This document shows positions 50,403 through 59,059 of a stretch of DNA of 64,000 nt, one piece after another. Both the position numbers and the translations under genes were made by a program. Origin of the DNA: Syntrophales bacterium (GTDB taxonomy: Bacteria > Desulfobacterota > Syntrophia > Syntrophales > PHBD01); NCBI GenBank assembly GCA_963668175.1, contig OY764159.1:3200001-3264000 (forward strand), in the 5' to 3' direction. The notes under the pieces were generated by a model that was not told the origin of the DNA, did not search any database, and was given only the letters and a program-made list of their open reading frames with translations. Numbering within the stretch: the first letter of the stretch is position 1; each line of letters opens with the position of its first letter.

Positions 50403-51308
50403 ATGCGGAACATATCATGGGCGGGATGCCATGTCCCCATCATTACCCCCTTCAACGACGACCTGTCGGTCGACGAAGCGGGATTGCGAAGACTCGTCAA
50501 TTATTATATCGAAGAGATCGGATGCGACGGCCTGGTTCCGTGCGGAACGACCGGCGAATCCCCCACCCTGGACCCCGAGGAACATGCCCGCGTCATCGAG
50601 ATCGTGGTCGAAGAGACGAAGGGGCGGGTGCCGGTTATGGCGGGCACGGGCTCCAACAACACGAAGGAAGCCATCGCCATGACCCGGCATGCCGAGGAGG
50701 CCGGCGTCGACGCCAGCCTGCAGGTCTGCCCCTACTACAACCGTCCGACCCAGGACGGTCTGCTGAGGCATTTCGAGGCCGTTGCGGCGGCTACGAAGCT
50801 GCCCCTCTTTATCTACAACATCCCTTCCCGGTCGGCGAGACTCATTGAAGCGAAAACGATGATCGCCCTTTCAGAAATCGACTCGATCGTGGGAATGAAG
50901 GATGCCTGCGGCGACCTGACGGTCACCATGGAGATCATCCGGGCAACTCGTAACAGGGAGAAGAAATTCTACGTCCTGTGCGGGGAGGATTCGCTGACGT
51001 TCCCGATGCTGGCGCTGGGCGGCGACGGAGGCATTCTCGCAGTCTCTCACGTCATCGGCAGGGAATACCGGGAGATGATCAAACTCTACCATTCCGGGAA
51101 TATCGAGGCGGCGCGGGAGATCCATTTCCGGACGCTGCCCGTCGTGCGGGCGCTGTTCATCGAGACGAATCCCGTCCCGGTCAAGGAAGCCCTAGCGATG
51201 ATGGGGCTCCCGTCGGGGAAGCTCCGCCTGCCCCTGGTCCCTTTGAGGCCGGAAAACCGCGAAAGTCTGCGTAAGACCTTAGTTCAACACGGAATCCTGA
51301 AGGCTTAG
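50403..51308 (+). CDS. dapA: 4-hydroxy-tetrahydrodipicolinate synthase
   Basis: IITPF, CGTTGESPTL, GTGSNNT, PYYNRPTQ, IYNIPSR, GMKDACG, LFIETNPVPVK, LRLPL. Confidence 0.93.
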   Translation: MRNISWAGCHVPIITPFNDDLSVDEAGLRRLVNYYIEEIGCDGLVPCGTTGESPTLDPEEHARVIEIVVEETKGRVPVMAGTGSNNTKEAIAMTRHAEEAGVDASLQVCPYYNRPTQDGLLRHFEAVAAATKLPLFIYNIPSRSARLIEAKTMIALSEIDSIVGMKDACGDLTVTMEIIRATRNREKKFYVLCGEDSLTFPMLALGGDGGILAVSHVIGREYREMIKLYHSGNIEAAREIHFRTLPVVRALFIETNPVPVKEALAMMGLPSGKLRLPLVPLRPENRESLRKTLVQHGILKA

Positions 51309-51323
51309 AAGAAAGGAACGCCT

Positions 51324-51917
51324 ATGAAGAGAATCGCGTTAACCCTCATGATGGTCCTGCTTCTGCAGGCATCCGCTGACGCCGGAGAGGAGGCGGCTGT
51401 GAAAGATACCTTGTCGGTTATTCACGCGAGAAAAAGCGTCAGGAGCTTCACGGGAGCCGCGGTCGCGAAGAGCGATCTCGAGCGGATCGTCAAAGCCGGG
51501 ATGGCCGCGCCGACGGCCGTGGATAAGCGGCCCTGGTCGTTCGTGGTCGTCACGGAGAGAAAGAAGCTCGACGACCTCGCCGCCGGGCTCCCTTACGCCA
51601 AGATGCTCACCCGCGCCGGGGCGGCCATCGTCGTCTGCACCGAGCCTGCCAAGGCCTTCGAAGGCAGCAGGGATTTCGCGATTATCGATGCGTCGCTCGC
51701 CGGAGAAAACATCCTGCTGGCAATCGAAGCCCTCGGCTTGGGCGGCGTCTGGACGGCCGCCTGCCCTTACGACGACCGGATGAGCCATGTACGGAGCGTT
51801 CTCAATATCCCTGCTCAGGTCATCCCGCTGAACGTGATCGCCGTGGGCGTGCCGACCGGTTCCGAAAAGCCGAAATCCAAATACCAGCCGGAGAGGGTTC
51901 ACTGGGAGACATGGTGA
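51324..51917 (+). CDS. Nitroreductase-family protein with N-terminal signal peptide
   Basis: RKSVRSF, AGMAAPTA...PWSFVVV, ENILLAIEALGLGGVW. Confidence 0.9.
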   Translation: MKRIALTLMMVLLLQASADAGEEAAVKDTLSVIHARKSVRSFTGAAVAKSDLERIVKAGMAAPTAVDKRPWSFVVVTERKKLDDLAAGLPYAKMLTRAGAAIVVCTEPAKAFEGSRDFAIIDASLAGENILLAIEALGLGGVWTAACPYDDRMSHVRSVLNIPAQVIPLNVIAVGVPTGSEKPKSKYQPERVHWETW

Positions 51918-52005
51918 AGCCTTTATAATTCATGATCGACACCGATCCATGCATATCCATGCATTTAAGGGTGAGGCGCGATAAGACAGGTCAAGGCCCG
52001 TGAAG

Positions 52006-52049
52006 CACGAACCGGAAGAAATCGCCCGTGCGATTTCTTCCGGTTTGTG
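52006..52049. terminator. Long 20-bp hairpin after the dapA-nitroreductase operon
   Basis: CACGAACCGGAAGAAATCGC-CCGT-GCGATTTCTTCCGGTTTGTG; weak U tail. Confidence 0.55.
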
Positions 52050-52158
52050 ATATACAGAAACAACATCGTTGGAGACAGGCTTGGCGTCTCGTATTGCGGG
52101 AATGAAGGCCCGATGTCTGCGGGCGTCGCAGGTCAAACCTTATCAAGAGGAGCAAACC

Positions 52159-52413
52159 ATGACCCGTAGCGATGTTTTTATGAAAATCCTGGCGGAGATC
52201 GTCACGGAGCATAAAGCAGAAGTGAAGGAGCTTCTTGACACGTTCCAAGAAACCATGCCGGGCATTGACAGGCTTGACCGGGACTTGGCGCCGGAAGAAG
52301 CGGATCAGCTTTTTGCCGATCTCCAAAAGAATAAGGACAATATCCGCATCTGGCTTTTGCAGGGGCGCAACAAGTTCATCGCGCAGGCGAAGAAATCCCG
52401 CAAATCGGCCTGA
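52159..52413 (+). CDS. Small hypothetical protein
   Basis: GAGGAG RBS, 84 aa with normal codon bias. Confidence 0.6.
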   Translation: MTRSDVFMKILAEIVTEHKAEVKELLDTFQETMPGIDRLDRDLAPEEADQLFADLQKNKDNIRIWLLQGRNKFIAQAKKSRKSA

Positions 52414-52483
52414 AGCCAACACCCCCGAGTGGATCCGGCATTAGACATACCGTGACACTCTTTGCTTTTTTAAAGACCGGCTT

Positions 52484-53362
52484 ATGAAAAATATCTTCTC
52501 CGTCTGTTGCAGTGCAGGCCTGAGCGCCATGCGTCGCCGCCTGTTGTCTTTCACCGTCACGATGCCCCGTATCCCGGCAGGAACAGTGCTTCTGGGCACC
52601 CTCTTCTGGTTTGCATTTATACCGGCTGCGTATGCCGCCCATCCGCTTATCACGGACGATGCGGGCACCCAGGGCCGGGGAAAATTCCAGTTCGAGCTCG
52701 ACAACCAGATCAGCTACAAGAAGGATAACCGGCAGAACGACGACGGGACTTCCTCAACCGTTAAAACCACTGCGGCCGAAATGAAGTTCCTGGCGACTTA
52801 CGGTGTCGTCGACACAGTCGATCTCATTCTCGGCGTTCCCTATCAATGGCAAAGGATCGAAACCGACGGGGCGGGCGTTTCCAAGGCCGACGGCCTGGCC
52901 GACATTTCTTTCGAGGTCAAGTGGCGCTTTTTCGAAAAGAACGGATGGAGCATGGCCGTCAAGCCCGGCTTGACGCTGCCGGCAGGCGACAAGGACAAGG
53001 GACTGGGTACGGGGAGGACGGGAATCACTTTTTTCTTCATCACGACGAAGGAATGGGAACCTCTCGCCTTTCATCTCAACCTCGGATACAAAAGAAACGA
53101 GAACAATGTGGATCAGCGGTACGACATCTGGCATGCGTCCCTTGCCGCCGAATGGAAGCTCCGTAAAAATCTGCGGCTGGTGGCGAATGCTGGCATGGAA
53201 AGGAACACCGACAGGGCGTCCAGCATCGATACCTCTTTCATTCTCGGAGGCATCGTCTATTCCCTGACGGACAGCCTCGACCTCGACCTCGGCATCAAGG
53301 GCGGCCTCACTCCCGTCGACCCGGATTATGCTTGTCTTGCCGGGGTCACCTACCGGTTCTGA
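52484..53362 (+). CDS. Outer-membrane beta-barrel transporter (phenol-MetA/SphA-like)
   Basis: AYA/AHPLITDDAGTQG, GLADISFEVKWRF, C-terminal AGVTYRF; start may be a later ATG (e.g. 52562). Confidence 0.8.
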   Translation: MKNIFSVCCSAGLSAMRRRLLSFTVTMPRIPAGTVLLGTLFWFAFIPAAYAAHPLITDDAGTQGRGKFQFELDNQISYKKDNRQNDDGTSSTVKTTAAEMKFLATYGVVDTVDLILGVPYQWQRIETDGAGVSKADGLADISFEVKWRFFEKNGWSMAVKPGLTLPAGDKDKGLGTGRTGITFFFITTKEWEPLAFHLNLGYKRNENNVDQRYDIWHASLAAEWKLRKNLRLVANAGMERNTDRASSIDTSFILGGIVYSLTDSLDLDLGIKGGLTPVDPDYACLAGVTYRF

Positions 53363-53407
53363 TGCGCCGATTAACCCGAGATTACAGCCTGCCTAGGCTT
53401 GCCCATC

Positions 53408-55519
53408 CTACTTAAACTTCAGGTTCATGCTGAGAAACACAATATTGTTGTGGTATGACGGGTCCATATAGGCGCCGGTCAGATAGCCGCCCTGAGTGAC
53501 GGATATATAATAGATATAGCCGTCGTACTGGCTGTCGTTGTAGACGTACTCCTCATAGGCGTAGGTGGCCGAAACGGACAGGACTTTATTCACCTGGTAG
53601 GTCAGTTTCGCCATATAGTTATTCAGCCGGTATGTATCCCGAGCGTAGAGGTCGATGTTGTCCTGATTGCGGCCTGTCGGAAGGGGCACAAGGCCAAGAA
53701 GGTAGGTGTAATCGACCGTTCCGTCGGATTTGACATTGTTATGGGATAGCTTTAGCGTCAGCTTGTCCGGAATAATGGCGATATCCGCACTTATTCCATA
53801 CCCGAACGTATTTTCCGTAGCCGAAGAGGTCCAGTTGAACGACGTGGATGTCGGCGTTGTAGCCGGATCGTTGTTCACCGTGGTTTGGCGCTGGAACTGA
53901 TTCAATACCCGCTGTTCAAAATCGAAATAACCGCTGAGGCGGACGCGCTTGTGGACCAGCCAGTCTATATCGGCATTGAATATTTCGGATTTGCTGTCCG
54001 TCAGCCCCAGGATCGTATCGGTATAACGGGTGTTCCGGTGCCGGTAGCCCAGGTTGAAGCTCAAGTTATCCAGGGGAAAAAATTCGACATCGGTCTTGTA
54101 GGTATTTCTCACCTGCGGGGCCGCATCGAAGCGCCTGACCCAGTATTCGAGGCTCGTCGTCGTTACCCCCGGAACGGCGAACTCGGCGGCCCGGTCGAGG
54201 CGTTCGTAGCCGATTTTTGCCGTCATAAAACTCAAGCCGCTCCATTTCAAACCCACATCGAAGAGATTGTCCCGGTTCTTCGGCAAATCATCGCGGTTCC
54301 GTTCCGTCTTGGTGAACGTATAGGCCGCCGTGAAACGTAAGTGGGCCGGCAGGGCCCAACCGGTTTCCGCCCCGTAAATATTTTTCCGGTAGTCGAAGAG
54401 ATCGTTGGTCTGGATGGTCGTCCCATCGACCGTCCTGATAACATCGGACCTGTTCGTCGTGTTGTAGTATTTGTAGGATAGTTTCGTGTTCAGGAAGGAA
54501 AGGGGATTCGACGTCAGGGCCAAATGGTAATTGTCCGTATCGACCTTGCCGTTGAAATAGGGGCTGCTCACGCTGATGCCGGTGAGTCCCCGGATACCGA
54601 TGTTGGATGCCAGGGCTGTCGTATCTGTCACGTAGCTCGTGGCCAGGCGGGTGGACGAATCGGCCCGCGCCAGCGAAAGATCCGCATTGAATTTGCTCTG
54701 CAGCGGCAGCGCAACGCCGCCCTTGAAATCCAGTTTATAATAGTTATTGTCCGGCGGAAGATAAAGGATATCCGTCGCTGCCGCCGTATTGGCCGTCGCC
54801 GGATTCCTGAAGTCCTGCTCCCCGGAGCCGTTCCGGAACTGACTGAAGGAATAACCCGCCGACAGGAAAAAAGGCTTTTTGACGTATCCCGTTTCCACTC
54901 GGAAGTCGTTCGTCGTGTAATCGATATTTACAGGCAGTTCAACGGCGATGCCCCCGGGGGACGTGCCTGCTATGCCGAGGGGATACGTTCCAAATTTTCT
55001 CTGCTGGTCGAAGGAGACGTCTAAATAAAAAGGATTCAGGTAGTCGAACTTGAGCATGCCTCCCAGGTTTTTTCGCTTCTCCGCATAGTCGAAGGTTCCC
55101 CAGCCGTTGGGGTTCGTGTTCGGAGCCGCTCCTCGATAGGATAGATTGCCCGTCCCTGCGCCTTCATAGAAGGTTCTGGCGTCGTAGGTAAAATTATGGG
55201 GAATCTCGTCATAATTAAGTCTGAACTTGAAGACGTCCCAGCGGCCCAATTCCAGGTCATAGCGCTGTGTGCCGTATCCGACATCCTGAGCATCCAGGGA
55301 GAAGTACTGCTTGGGCGAATCGTACCGGACAGAGCCGCTGCCATAAACACCATCCCTGATATCCCTGTATTCGTTGAATTTCGCGCTCTGATTCTTACTA
55401 TCGGTAATCACGCCCGTCAATGTGACCTCACCGGTCATTTTACCGTCATCCCCTCGGGCCGTACCACAAAGCGCCATCATCGCCAGGGCCGCTACCGTCA
55501 TGATCGTCGTCATCTTCAT
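53408..55519 (-). CDS. mtrB: MtrB/PioB-family decaheme-associated outer-membrane porin
   Basis: Signal peptide, SAKFNEYRD, LPVNIDYTT, LPPDNNYY, C-terminal MNLKFK; directly downstream of a decaheme cytochrome. Confidence 0.9.
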   Translation of the reverse strand: MKMTTIMTVAALAMMALCGTARGDDGKMTGEVTLTGVITDSKNQSAKFNEYRDIRDGVYGSGSVRYDSPKQYFSLDAQDVGYGTQRYDLELGRWDVFKFRLNYDEIPHNFTYDARTFYEGAGTGNLSYRGAAPNTNPNGWGTFDYAEKRKNLGGMLKFDYLNPFYLDVSFDQQRKFGTYPLGIAGTSPGGIAVELPVNIDYTTNDFRVETGYVKKPFFLSAGYSFSQFRNGSGEQDFRNPATANTAAATDILYLPPDNNYYKLDFKGGVALPLQSKFNADLSLARADSSTRLATSYVTDTTALASNIGIRGLTGISVSSPYFNGKVDTDNYHLALTSNPLSFLNTKLSYKYYNTTNRSDVIRTVDGTTIQTNDLFDYRKNIYGAETGWALPAHLRFTAAYTFTKTERNRDDLPKNRDNLFDVGLKWSGLSFMTAKIGYERLDRAAEFAVPGVTTTSLEYWVRRFDAAPQVRNTYKTDVEFFPLDNLSFNLGYRHRNTRYTDTILGLTDSKSEIFNADIDWLVHKRVRLSGYFDFEQRVLNQFQRQTTVNNDPATTPTSTSFNWTSSATENTFGYGISADIAIIPDKLTLKLSHNNVKSDGTVDYTYLLGLVPLPTGRNQDNIDLYARDTYRLNNYMAKLTYQVNKVLSVSATYAYEEYVYNDSQYDGYIYYISVTQGGYLTGAYMDPSYHNNIVFLSMNLKFK

Positions 55520-55531
55520 GGGCCATCACTC

Positions 55532-56449
55532 CTATCGGACCAAAACCCGGCCCCTGGTGGAAGGTCCGGAACTACCGTGGACCTCCGAATGGCAGTTCAG
55601 GCAGGAACGGGAGAACATTCGATTGGTTCGAGCGTTGCCTTGAAAAGTGTTGAAGTTCGTATAAATCGTCCCGGGATGCTGCGTGGCGTCATGACAACTT
55701 TGGCAGAGCTGGGGCACCCTGTTGGTCAGAAGTTTCCCGTGATTGCTGCCATGAACGGCATGACAGGTCTGGCAATTTTCAGTCACCGGGGGGTGCTCCC
55801 AGAAGAAAGGCCCCCGCTTCTCGGCGTGGCACTTGTAACATAGATCGTTTACGGCCGATGCCCTGATCATTTTCTGTCCGAATCCGCCGTGCTGCTCGTG
55901 ACAGTCCGTGCATTTGATTTTTCCCTCCCGGATCGGGTGGTGGGACTGTTTGGCGACCTGTCCCCGGATATCTCGATGACAGTTCAGGCAAAGATCGGGC
56001 TGAGGGGTCTTGAGATTCATTCTTTTACCCGAATGGACCGTGTGGCAGTTATCGCAGGAGACCCCGGACGCTTTATGGCGGCTCATGTCCCAGAAGGCCA
56101 GACTGCGGGTCTCACCGTGACATTCCGTACATTTGGCCGTTTTGGCGGCCGGCTCTCCCTGTCTCTTGCTGAAGATGAAGATGTCCATCCCTTTCGCCCC
56201 GCCCTTCTGGATATGGTCTGCGCCATCGCCGTGGCAGGATTCGCAGCCCTCCTTGTTGGCGGGACTCTTGCTTATTCCTTTGTTGGCATGGATGGAATTG
56301 ATGTAGTTGTTGTAACGGTCGAGATGGCAGATTTTGCATGTTTCAGTCCGCCCTCCCGCAACCTTGCCGACCGATTCGCCGGAGGCGATAAGCCAGCCGG
56401 TCAGGATGAAAACAGATAAGAAGACAACAGATGCGGTTCTTCGTCCCAT
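55532..56449 (-). CDS. mtrA: DmsE/MtrA-family decaheme c-type cytochrome
   Basis: Ten CxxCH motifs; SHHPIREGKIKC and EKRGPFFWEHPPV signatures. Confidence 0.95.
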   Translation of the reverse strand: MGRRTASVVFLSVFILTGWLIASGESVGKVAGGRTETCKICHLDRYNNYINSIHANKGISKSPANKEGCESCHGDGADHIQKGGAKGMDIFIFSKRQGEPAAKTAKCTECHGETRSLAFWDMSRHKASGVSCDNCHTVHSGKRMNLKTPQPDLCLNCHRDIRGQVAKQSHHPIREGKIKCTDCHEQHGGFGQKMIRASAVNDLCYKCHAEKRGPFFWEHPPVTENCQTCHAVHGSNHGKLLTNRVPQLCQSCHDATQHPGTIYTNFNTFQGNARTNRMFSRSCLNCHSEVHGSSGPSTRGRVLVR

Positions 56450-56702
56450 CGCCTATTCCTCGTCGTCCAGTGCTGCATGGCGCGCCTGTCCGGATTAGTG
56501 AGGTCTCCCGGCGTCGGGACAGATGAGCGACCCCGGAAAGACGACTAAGTATGCCGGTCCGACACAGATGATACGTTCAAAACGTTAGCGCAGGGTTGAC
56601 AACGACAACGAAACCGTCCGCTTTCAAGACACCGTACAAGGTAGGCAGGATAAAACCTTACCTATGTTTGAAGAGAGGTAATTGCCGTTTTGAATTCGAC
56701 AT

Positions 56703-56742
56703 TACCTTATAATAAGGTACTAATAGGTCCATGAATTGTCAA
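56703..56742 (-). promoter_or_regulatory. Putative mtrAB promoter with overlapping perfect palindrome
   Basis: TTGACA (56742-56737), 17 bp, TACCTT (56719-56714); TACCTTAT-A-ATAAGGTA at 56703-56719. Confidence 0.6.
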
Positions 56743-57001
56743 GAGATGTTAAAAAGAAAATCCTTCCGCACCTCTTCAGAGAAATATGCCGACGGCTGGA
56801 CATATCTATATCTTTGATTATATATATTTTCTCATTATTTACGGCAATTACGGCATTCTTAATGCTTGACTGAATCAGACGTTTAGGTCATATTATTAAC
56901 CTACCGTTGCGGCAGCGGGAAATGCCTCCCGTTGCGTCTCATCACCCGTTCGCTTTTCCAAATGGCTGAAACGCCTGTGTCCTTCGGAAAGGAGATTCAA
57001 T

Positions 57002-58078
57002 ATGGTGAAGAGCAAATTCCGTCTTACCGCCCGTATCCTTGTCGTTTCTCTGATCACTTGCGGCTATTTCTTCTCCCAGACATCGGCCTGCAGATCCGAG
57101 TCGGGGAAGGCATACGTTTCTTCTCAGGATGCGTCCACATTGTATGTCTTCGATCTGAACAAGAACCGCCTGGAAAAGAGCATCTCCATCTTCACGCCGG
57201 GTCCGGCCGACACGGCGATTCCCCCCAGTCCCAACGACGTGATCGCCGTCGGTAACCTTATCTTCATGACCGTTCCGGGCCCCGTTCCTCCGGCGCAGGG
57301 GATCGATGAGCTTAAAGTGATCGATTCCCGCTCCGATATCCTGACGGCGACGATAAAGACGGGCAAGACTCCGTCAGGTCTATTCGTCCATGAAGGTCTC
57401 GTCTATGTCGTCAACCGCTACGGCGGCACCATTCAGGTCGTCGATCCCGTTCGGCTGCAAACGGTGCGGAACATACCGTATTCGGCGCCCGCAAAATCCC
57501 CCCTTGAAGGCCCGCTTGGTCTTGCCATCGTCAACGGGAAGATATACCTCCCCTTCCCCGGAGGGCAGGCAGGGCCGGGAATCGTCCAGGTCCTGGACCT
57601 GAAAACCGGCGCTCTGCTGAAATCGGTCGATTTTTCTTCCGTAAGCCCTTACGGACCATTATCCCTGCAGATCGCCGGCAAGGACAAACTGTATCTCGGA
57701 GGCACCAACTGTGCAGCCGTTCTCAACACGACAACGGAAAATATTACCAAAATCATTCCCCTCTCCGGTCATGATATTGCCGTCCAGTCTTTTGCCGTGC
57801 AGAACGGAAAGGTCTACGCGGCAAGCGGCATGAGCGTTGTCACTGTGGTGGACCCGATAACGGATACATCGACTGCCGAGATCGACATAGGGTATCACGC
57901 TTATGCCACCCACCTGAAGGTCGGCATCGCCGCCGGCATGGGCCATATATACGTGGCCGATGCAGGACGAGGTCTGAAGATCATAGACGCGAATACAGAC
58001 ACATTGGCCCTGACAATTCCGACGGCAGCCCCTGTGGGTCCGTTGACGGTCATTCCGGGACAAGCAGGGCCGAAATAG
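57002..58078 (+). CDS. Exported YncE/YVTN-type beta-propeller protein
   Basis: Signal peptide; repeated KAYVS, LVYVVN, KIYLP, KLYLG, KVYAA, HIYVAD blades with V.VID motifs. Confidence 0.8.
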   Translation: MVKSKFRLTARILVVSLITCGYFFSQTSACRSESGKAYVSSQDASTLYVFDLNKNRLEKSISIFTPGPADTAIPPSPNDVIAVGNLIFMTVPGPVPPAQGIDELKVIDSRSDILTATIKTGKTPSGLFVHEGLVYVVNRYGGTIQVVDPVRLQTVRNIPYSAPAKSPLEGPLGLAIVNGKIYLPFPGGQAGPGIVQVLDLKTGALLKSVDFSSVSPYGPLSLQIAGKDKLYLGGTNCAAVLNTTTENITKIIPLSGHDIAVQSFAVQNGKVYAASGMSVVTVVDPITDTSTAEIDIGYHAYATHLKVGIAAGMGHIYVADAGRGLKIIDANTDTLALTIPTAAPVGPLTVIPGQAGPK

Positions 58079-58385
58079 GCCCCGGCCGGGGCGAATCGCG
58101 CCGATGCTTTTTCCCGGCTTTCGGTGCGGGCTCTCACGGCATCATGCAAACCGGCGTCTCCGCTTCGGTACCGACCGTAGCGGCGCTTCCGGCCGAATGA
58201 CAACATCTGTTCGCGCCGCCGGCCGTCCGGAAGAACTTACAAACGGCCGCGACGATAAAGATTTTTAAACCGGACTCCTTCCTCTCACCTGTTTTATATG
58301 ATTTGATTTCGACGTGTTGTCCGTGTCGGATTTAATTTATCATGACGGATTTGCCGCATCATACGTAAAATCGAGGAGGCCTATC

Positions 58386-58796
58386 ATGACGCAAGGCACG
58401 ATCAGGATACTCATGGCGAGACTGGGCGACGGACACGAAGATGCCGTAGGAAGACTTTGTGTCGCCTTCCGTGAAGCAGGCTACGAAGTAATCTACGTCC
58501 AAAGCCGGCGACCCGAGGCCATTGTTGCGGCCGCCCTCCAGGAAGCGGTGGACCATATCGGCATCACCACGCTTCCCGGAACGCGAAGCGAGGATATCGC
58601 CCGGATCATGACACTTCTGAAGAAGGAAGATCTGTCCTTCGTCCGGGTCACCGTCGGCGGCTTCCTGGATAACGTAGATATCGACAAAATCAAAGAATCG
58701 GGTGTCGCGGCGTTCTTTCCCAAGGGCACGACCGTATCCGAACTGATTTCCTGGGCAAAGGATAATATCCGACTCACGAACGACTGGTCGGTTTAG
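58386..58796 (+). CDS. Stand-alone cobalamin-binding domain (acyl-CoA mutase small-subunit-like)
   Basis: RILMARLGDGH, FREAGYEVIY, AALQEAVDHIG, VTVGG, GVAAFFPKGT; GAGGAGG RBS. Confidence 0.85.
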   Translation: MTQGTIRILMARLGDGHEDAVGRLCVAFREAGYEVIYVQSRRPEAIVAAALQEAVDHIGITTLPGTRSEDIARIMTLLKKEDLSFVRVTVGGFLDNVDIDKIKESGVAAFFPKGTTVSELISWAKDNIRLTNDWSV

Positions 58797-59009
58797 CTTT
58801 AATACTGCGACGACAAGCGTTGCGATGCCGGCGGTCTCTCGCCGGGCACGCCTTTCTTCATCTTCAGACTTCACTGCCTCTGCCCCGCTGTTGGTCGGCA
58901 ACCGGGATTAAAACCGGGTTTCTTACGGGGCAAGTCGTGTAAACCGGCAGCGGCGTCTTGCACTGCGTCGCGGATACATGCCGATGGCTCCGTTTCCTTC
59001 CGAAATTGC

Positions 59010-59025
59010 AGGCATCATTCTTGCA
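59010..59025 (+). promoter_or_regulatory. Putative sigma54 (-24/-12) promoter
   Basis: AGGCAT-CATTC-TTGCA, exact GG-N10-GC spacing. Confidence 0.6.
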
Positions 59026-59059
59026 ATCTTTTCCGTAGAACGTAAAATGGGAGGCATCC

